From: Alphaproteobacteria bacterium
GTDB lineage: Bacteria > Pseudomonadota > Alphaproteobacteria > CAAHEQ01 > UBA3637
Length of the DNA: 64,000 nucleotides
Direction of reading: 5' to 3'
NCBI GenBank assembly: GCA_017467335.1
Contig: JAFTSJ010000009.1
Coordinates: 852-64,851, forward strand
In this document: positions 59,422-64,000 of the stretch, in pieces
Layout: every line of letters starts with the position of its first letter
Numbering within the stretch: position 1 is the first letter of the stretch
The notes under the pieces: model-generated
Databases searched by the model: none
What the model was told of the DNA's origin: nothing
What the model saw: only the letters and a program-made list of their open reading frames with translations
Made by a program: the position numbers and the translations under genes

Positions 59422-60921
59422 CTATATCCCTTCTTTTATACGCATAATGATATTGTCTTTATCTTTAACCAACTGCGAATCCCGTAACAACAAATTTTCA
59501 ATAGTTCGAACAGCATGAATAATTGTTGTATGATCTCGCCCGAATTGTGTTCCGATATCCGGTAAAGATAATGCCGTCAAGGTTTTAGATAAATACATCG
59601 CTAATTGACGAGGACGGGCAATTTTACGTTCACGCCGATTAGATTTAATATCAGATAATCTTAATCCGTAATAATCAGCCGTCACCTGCTGAATTTCAGC
59701 AACGGAAAATTGGCGTTCGTAAACTTGCAAAATATCCTTTAAGACAGAACGTGCCGTATCCATGTTAATTGGCGTTCCAATCAATTCAGCATGAGCAATC
59801 AACCGTTTAAAAGCACCTTCCAATTCACGAATACTGGCCGTAATATTTTTAGCTAAATACCGAATAACATCTTCCGGAATGTAAACACGGGTTTCTTCGG
59901 CTTTCTTTTGTAAAATACCCAATCTTAATTCGTATGTTGTCGGCTGAATTTGAACAACCAAACCCTGTGCAATACGGGTTTTAATTCTATCCTCAATCCC
60001 TTGTAAATCCATCGGATTGGTATCTGCTGACAAAATAATCTTCTTCCCTCGAGCAATTAACTGATTAAATGTATGGAAAAATTCTTCCTGAGAGGCCGGT
60101 TTACCAAAAATAAACTGAACATCATCAATCATCAGCACATCAACATCCCGAAATAATTTTCGAAACGAATCTGTATTTTTATGCTGTAAAGCTTTAATAA
60201 AGTGTTGAAAAAATTGCTCTGACGTCAAATATAAAACATTTTGTTCCGGATAAAGTTCCTTAATACGCCAAGCAATTGCGTGCATTAAGTGCGTTTTACC
60301 CAATCCAACGGACGCATGTAAATACAACGGATTAAAAACAACCGTGTTATCTTCGGCAACACGTCTGGCCGCCGCATAAGCAAATTCATTGGACGGACCG
60401 ACAACAAAAGAATCAAATGTATGACTTTTATCCAAAAAACACGGAATTGTTTCACCATCAACATCAATACGCATTTCAACTTTTCCGGCCGCATGCATTT
60501 TAATACTTTCAACAAAAGAAACAACATTGGGTGATGTTCCCTTGGCACTTAACGGTTGTATCGTCTGGGTTGAAAGAGCCGTATCCCCTTGTTGATTTAA
60601 CTGAAACGTTAATCCGCCAATCATCGGATTTTCTTTTTGCCATAAAGCCAATATCTGATCAGCATAATTTCGTTTAATCAATTCATGAATACACGGTGAC
60701 GGAACACACAAATTAACTTGATTATCCACCAATTTATCCGGCGTCACTCGCTTTAACCAACGCAAGGCTAATTTATCCCCCATTTGCGTTTCTAATGCTT
60801 GACAAACACTTTGCCATTCTTGTCGCAATGCGTTCTTTTCTGACTGAACGGCATTGGCAACCGTTTCAGGAGCATTGGTTTGTAAAAAAAGCAGTTGTTC
60901 TTGTTTCATGTCCGTTAACAT
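59422..60921 (-). CDS. dnaA: chromosomal replication initiator protein DnaA
   Basis: Walker A GLGKTHL, box VII/sensor motifs, and the C-terminal DNA-binding helix (FGRDHTTIIHAVR). Confidence 0.95.
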   Translation of the reverse strand: MLTDMKQEQLLFLQTNAPETVANAVQSEKNALRQEWQSVCQALETQMGDKLALRWLKRVTPDKLVDNQVNLCVPSPCIHELIKRNYADQILALWQKENPMIGGLTFQLNQQGDTALSTQTIQPLSAKGTSPNVVSFVESIKMHAAGKVEMRIDVDGETIPCFLDKSHTFDSFVVGPSNEFAYAAARRVAEDNTVVFNPLYLHASVGLGKTHLMHAIAWRIKELYPEQNVLYLTSEQFFQHFIKALQHKNTDSFRKLFRDVDVLMIDDVQFIFGKPASQEEFFHTFNQLIARGKKIILSADTNPMDLQGIEDRIKTRIAQGLVVQIQPTTYELRLGILQKKAEETRVYIPEDVIRYLAKNITASIRELEGAFKRLIAHAELIGTPINMDTARSVLKDILQVYERQFSVAEIQQVTADYYGLRLSDIKSNRRERKIARPRQLAMYLSKTLTALSLPDIGTQFGRDHTTIIHAVRTIENLLLRDSQLVKDKDNIIMRIKEGI

Positions 60922-61340
60922 GTTTGTTCCTTTATTCGTCTTCTAGTCAATTTGCTTGATATACATATAATAAAAGTTTCCACAAAAAAATCAATTAACT
61001 TTTTGTTAATTTTTAAAAACAATTTCCTTGACACAATATGTTGTACACTTAAAACTATATATTGTGTTTTAAAGATATTTTTACATCTTTTTCTTTTTTT
61101 CAGATATACAAAAGGACAAATAAAAGTCATTAAAAGTTAACAAATGGTCATGAATATCATGATATATTCGACTCGCACTGAAAACATAACCTGTTCAAAA
61201 TTCACTGATAAGTCAATTTGTTTTTCAGATAAAAACGACTCGAAAAAGCAAATTATTTATATGAAGACATCTTGACAAATATAAGATATATGATAACATG
61301 GTAAACGTTTTAATAAATTGAGAGGTTTTATTTTTAGTCT

Positions 61341-62693
61341 ATGACACCGTTATATGTATATGTCCTCAATATTGGACTTGTCCTGTTTTTAGTTTTTGCA
61401 AATGCTTTTTTTGTTGTTTCAGAATTTTCGATTGTTAAGATTAGACGAACACGTTTAGAAGAACTGGTTCGCACAACGAACAGTCGGCGTGCCAAAATTG
61501 CTTTAAAAATTAACGATCATCTAAACACGTATTTAAGTGCTATTCAATTGGGGATTACATTAGCCTCCTTAGGCTTAGGGTGGATTGGGGAACCGGCTGT
61601 TTCAAAATTACTGGAAGCGTTATTCGGTCATTGGTTTGCCGAAGATTCTGTTTTATTGCACTCTATCAGTTTCGGGATTGCTTTTTCTTTTATTACATTG
61701 CTCCACGTTGTTTTGGGCGAACTTGTACCAAAATCATTAGCCATCCAATCAACGGAACGATACGTTTTGGCCGTTGCACCGGCATTATATACATTTAATC
61801 GCATTTTTGCTCCATTCATCTGGATTTTCGACCATGTTTCCATGTGGATTTTAGGTTTGATGGGAACAAAATTAGCTGATGAAACGGAAGAAACACATTC
61901 CGGCGAGGAAATTAAGATTATTATTGACGCCTCACAAAAAAGCGGTATGATTAGCGAAACGGAAGGGGAAATCATTCAAAATGCGATTGTTTTTTCTGAA
62001 ATCTGTGCACACGAAATTATGATACCTCGTCAAGATATGAAATGTTTATATCAAGACGACAGCAATGAAGAAGTGTTAAAATTCATCAGAAAACATCATC
62101 ACACCCGTTTTCCGCTTTGTGATAAAGACCGAGATCACGTTATCGGCATGATACACATTCGAGATATTATTGAACGAGGTTCAGAAAAAAATGATGAAAA
62201 GTTTCTGACCAATATTTCTCGTGAAATTTTATTTGTTCCTGAAAATAAATCCATTTCAGACATTTTACATGAAATGATGTTGAAACATATTCACATGGCT
62301 GTTGTTGTCGATGAATATGGCGGTACAGCCGGTTTATTATCAATGGAAGATATTTTAGAAGAATTAGTTGGCGATATTTTAGATGAACATGATCCGCAAA
62401 TCAACGAACCGATAACTAAAATTGACGATATGGTTTATGAAGTTGACGGAACGGTTTTAGTTGAAGATGTTTTTGAATGTGCCGGTCTGCCTTATACGGA
62501 ACATGAAGAAACGACAATGGGTGGATATGTTTTCGGATTACTGGGCGAAGTTCCGAAACAAGGAAATCATGTTGAAGATGAATTTTGTCGGTATGAAGTA
62601 ATAACCGTTGATAACATGCGTATTTTACGTGTTCGCATACAAGTTAAGCAAATATCAATTGATGAAACAACCGCATCCGAAGAATCATTTTAA
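61341..62693 (+). CDS. hemolysin-family membrane protein (DUF21-CBS pair-CorC/HlyC; TlyC/CNNM type)
   Basis: N-terminal DUF21 TM domain (FFVVSEFSIVKIRRTRLEEL), a CBS pair, and a C-terminal transporter-associated domain. Confidence 0.88.
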   Translation: MTPLYVYVLNIGLVLFLVFANAFFVVSEFSIVKIRRTRLEELVRTTNSRRAKIALKINDHLNTYLSAIQLGITLASLGLGWIGEPAVSKLLEALFGHWFAEDSVLLHSISFGIAFSFITLLHVVLGELVPKSLAIQSTERYVLAVAPALYTFNRIFAPFIWIFDHVSMWILGLMGTKLADETEETHSGEEIKIIIDASQKSGMISETEGEIIQNAIVFSEICAHEIMIPRQDMKCLYQDDSNEEVLKFIRKHHHTRFPLCDKDRDHVIGMIHIRDIIERGSEKNDEKFLTNISREILFVPENKSISDILHEMMLKHIHMAVVVDEYGGTAGLLSMEDILEELVGDILDEHDPQINEPITKIDDMVYEVDGTVLVEDVFECAGLPYTEHEETTMGGYVFGLLGEVPKQGNHVEDEFCRYEVITVDNMRILRVRIQVKQISIDETTASEESF

Positions 62694-62698
62694 CACTT

Positions 62699-62727
62699 AA
62701 AGCCACCACAATTCGGTGGCTTTTTTT
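62699..62727 (+). terminator. rho-independent terminator
   Basis: AGCCACC-ACAATTC-GGTGGCT followed by T7. Confidence 0.85.
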
Positions 62728-62933
62728 ATAAAAAGCAAAAAATCCTCTTGTTCTTTTGTTGAAGACACTCTAATTAAACCATATCACCGCATGTTTAACA
62801 AAGGAAATACCAATGGACAAGATTCACAACTTACCGTCTAAATCCGTGCGTCAATAAATTAGGACATAAATTAGGATATGGTGCGACAGTTGGCTATAAC
62901 GAAGGCTCTATTAAGGCTGCGGCAGAAGGATTT

Positions 62934-63278
62934 TTGGAACCCTCTGCACAAAAAGCACTTGACGAGAAAAACCGAATTACTCCTCTGCGAATTCCCGATA
63001 CAAACAAACATCAATATATCAGCTGTGTTGGTTCTTCCGATGGAGAATTTGCAGCTACCGAAATGTTTTTGGGTGGAATTGGCAAAGAAGCGTTAGATAT
63101 ATATGATAAAGTATCTGATTCCAAACAACGGAAGGCTTATGGGGGAATAGGCAGAATATTACAAGACTCTACAAAAGATATAAAAAACAATATATTGGGT
63201 ATTTCACATGGTTTATCATCTAACACCCCAAAATCCTGCAATATATTATTACAGAACCCAATTTCTTGGTCGAAATAA
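62934..63278 (+). CDS. hypothetical protein or 5'-truncated gene remnant
   Basis: The frame is open from 62799 to 63278 but has no in-frame ATG before ~63062; the first plausible start is TTG at 62934. A strong terminator follows. No domain recognised. Confidence 0.3.
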   Translation: MEPSAQKALDEKNRITPLRIPDTNKHQYISCVGSSDGEFAATEMFLGGIGKEALDIYDKVSDSKQRKAYGGIGRILQDSTKDIKNNILGISHGLSSNTPKSCNILLQNPISWSK

Positions 63279-63290
63279 CATCTTCTTCAA

Positions 63291-63329
63291 AACGGATAAA
63301 TAATATCGACTATTTATCCGTTTTCTTTT
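63291..63329 (+). terminator. rho-independent terminator
   Basis: 12-bp perfect stem AACGGATAAATA/TATTTATCCGTT with an 8-nt loop and a T-rich tail. Confidence 0.75.
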
Positions 63330-63404
63330 ACCATGTTCTTGTATTGTTTCAATCGAAAGGTGTGTTAATAACTTTGAAAAAAGCAGTACTATCAATTATT
63401 TTGC

Positions 63405-63433
63405 TTGCAGAACATCGCCAAATATGATACAAT
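63405..63433 (+). promoter_or_regulatory. extended -10 promoter
   Basis: TTGCAG-17 nt-TACAAT, with TGa upstream of the -10, inside the motif TTTTGCTTGCA. Confidence 0.5.
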
Positions 63434-63471
63434 ATAAAAACGCTGTATAAATACAAGAGGAATAAATATCA

Positions 63472-63747
63472 ATGTACACATCAGAAACACAAGAAGATGA
63501 TATCAACAATCGGGAACATCATCGTCCTGAACGGGGTGAAGAAAGTCGTTCAGAACGGGAAGAACGATTAAGTCGTTCAAAACGGGAAGAACCGGAAAGC
63601 CGTATGGAACGGGAAGAACGTGAACATAGACAACGTCGGAAACAGTTAGAAGAAAACAGAAACCGATATCGGGAAGAACGTATTCGTGAAGAAAATCGAC
63701 GCTCTGCTGAAATCATTCGCAATCGAAATAGTGGTATGGGTATGTGA
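63472..63747 (+). CDS. small Arg/Glu-rich low-complexity protein
   Basis: 91 aa with a GAGGAA RBS. It contains repetitive ER(G/E)EE..SRSEREER-type segments and has its own promoter and terminator. Confidence 0.55.
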   Translation: MYTSETQEDDINNREHHRPERGEESRSEREERLSRSKREEPESRMEREEREHRQRRKQLEENRNRYREERIREENRRSAEIIRNRNSGMGM

Positions 63748-63762
63748 TAAAAAACCATCTGG

Positions 63763-63771
63763 TTATCCACA
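63763..63771 (+). promoter_or_regulatory. perfect DnaA box
   Basis: TTATCCACA, an exact match to the E. coli-type consensus. Confidence 0.4.
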
Positions 63772-63808
63772 TAACAACTATATTAACGTGTTGCTTTATT
63801 ATCAAAAT

Positions 63809-63843
63809 ACCCTGAACCAAGTTCAGGGTAACGTATTTTTTTT
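63809..63843 (+). terminator. rho-independent terminator
   Basis: ACCCTGAAC-CAA-GTTCAGGGT, 6 nt, then T8. Confidence 0.65.
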
Positions 63844-64000
63844 CATAGATAAATTCACAAAAACGAATCGCTTATAATATGTTATAAAGCTAAAAAATCT
63901 ACCCCGAAATATAACAAAATTACGTATAAAAAAACGTTTGAAATTTTTTACAAAAATAAAAATTAAAATATAATTAAATCAATATGTTATTTTTAAAAAA

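Noticed and set aside
60922-61340. Possible oriC in the AT-rich dnaA upstream region.
   Set aside because: Only degenerate DnaA-box matches are present (best gTTTCCACA at 60976, the others 7/9), with no cluster. Alphaproteobacterial origins are often not next to dnaA. This cannot be supported from the sequence alone.

Overview
This is an AT-rich, tightly packed chromosomal segment with about 55 genes. All calls come from reading the sequence and the ORF translations only; no database search was possible, and RNA ends and promoters are approximate.

Housekeeping genes present are thrS, efp, suhB, radA, uvrB, infA, lpxC, dnaA, rlmH and cdd. RNA genes are a circularly permuted two-piece tmRNA (tag ANDNFAPVAMAA), an SRP RNA, tRNA-Leu(UAA) and tRNA-Thr(CGU). 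Together these indicate a Gram-negative alphaproteobacterium. The added eukaryote-like repeat proteins (LRR, ankyrin-like) and many orphan proteins suggest, by inference, an intracellular symbiont of the Holosporales/Rickettsiales type.

Envelope functions dominate:
- a split Mla system (two mlaD plus DUF2155 at 13.7-15.1 kb; mlaEF at 33.7-35.3 kb)
- an AcrAB-type RND pump
- two cation/proton antiporters
- an MscK-like channel
- a thioredoxin-fold/DsbA pair
- two ABCB-type half transporters
- proteases of families M48, M50, M16 (two), S41 and M23

The two most interesting loci are:
1. A 1008-aa modular protein with about 78 cysteines and a prepilin-like N-terminus (26033-29059, minus strand). 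Its upstream region carries a 32/33-nt inverted-repeat pair bracketing 106 bp. That 106 bp contains a consensus sigma70 promoter currently pointing away from the gene. This is a candidate invertible (phase-variable) promoter; alternatives are a MITE or an sRNA locus.
2. A small islet next to tRNA-Thr, in which an LRR-protein gene is bracketed by direct repeats that include a copy of the tRNA 3' end.

I saw no CRISPR array, IS element, prophage or recognisable defence system.
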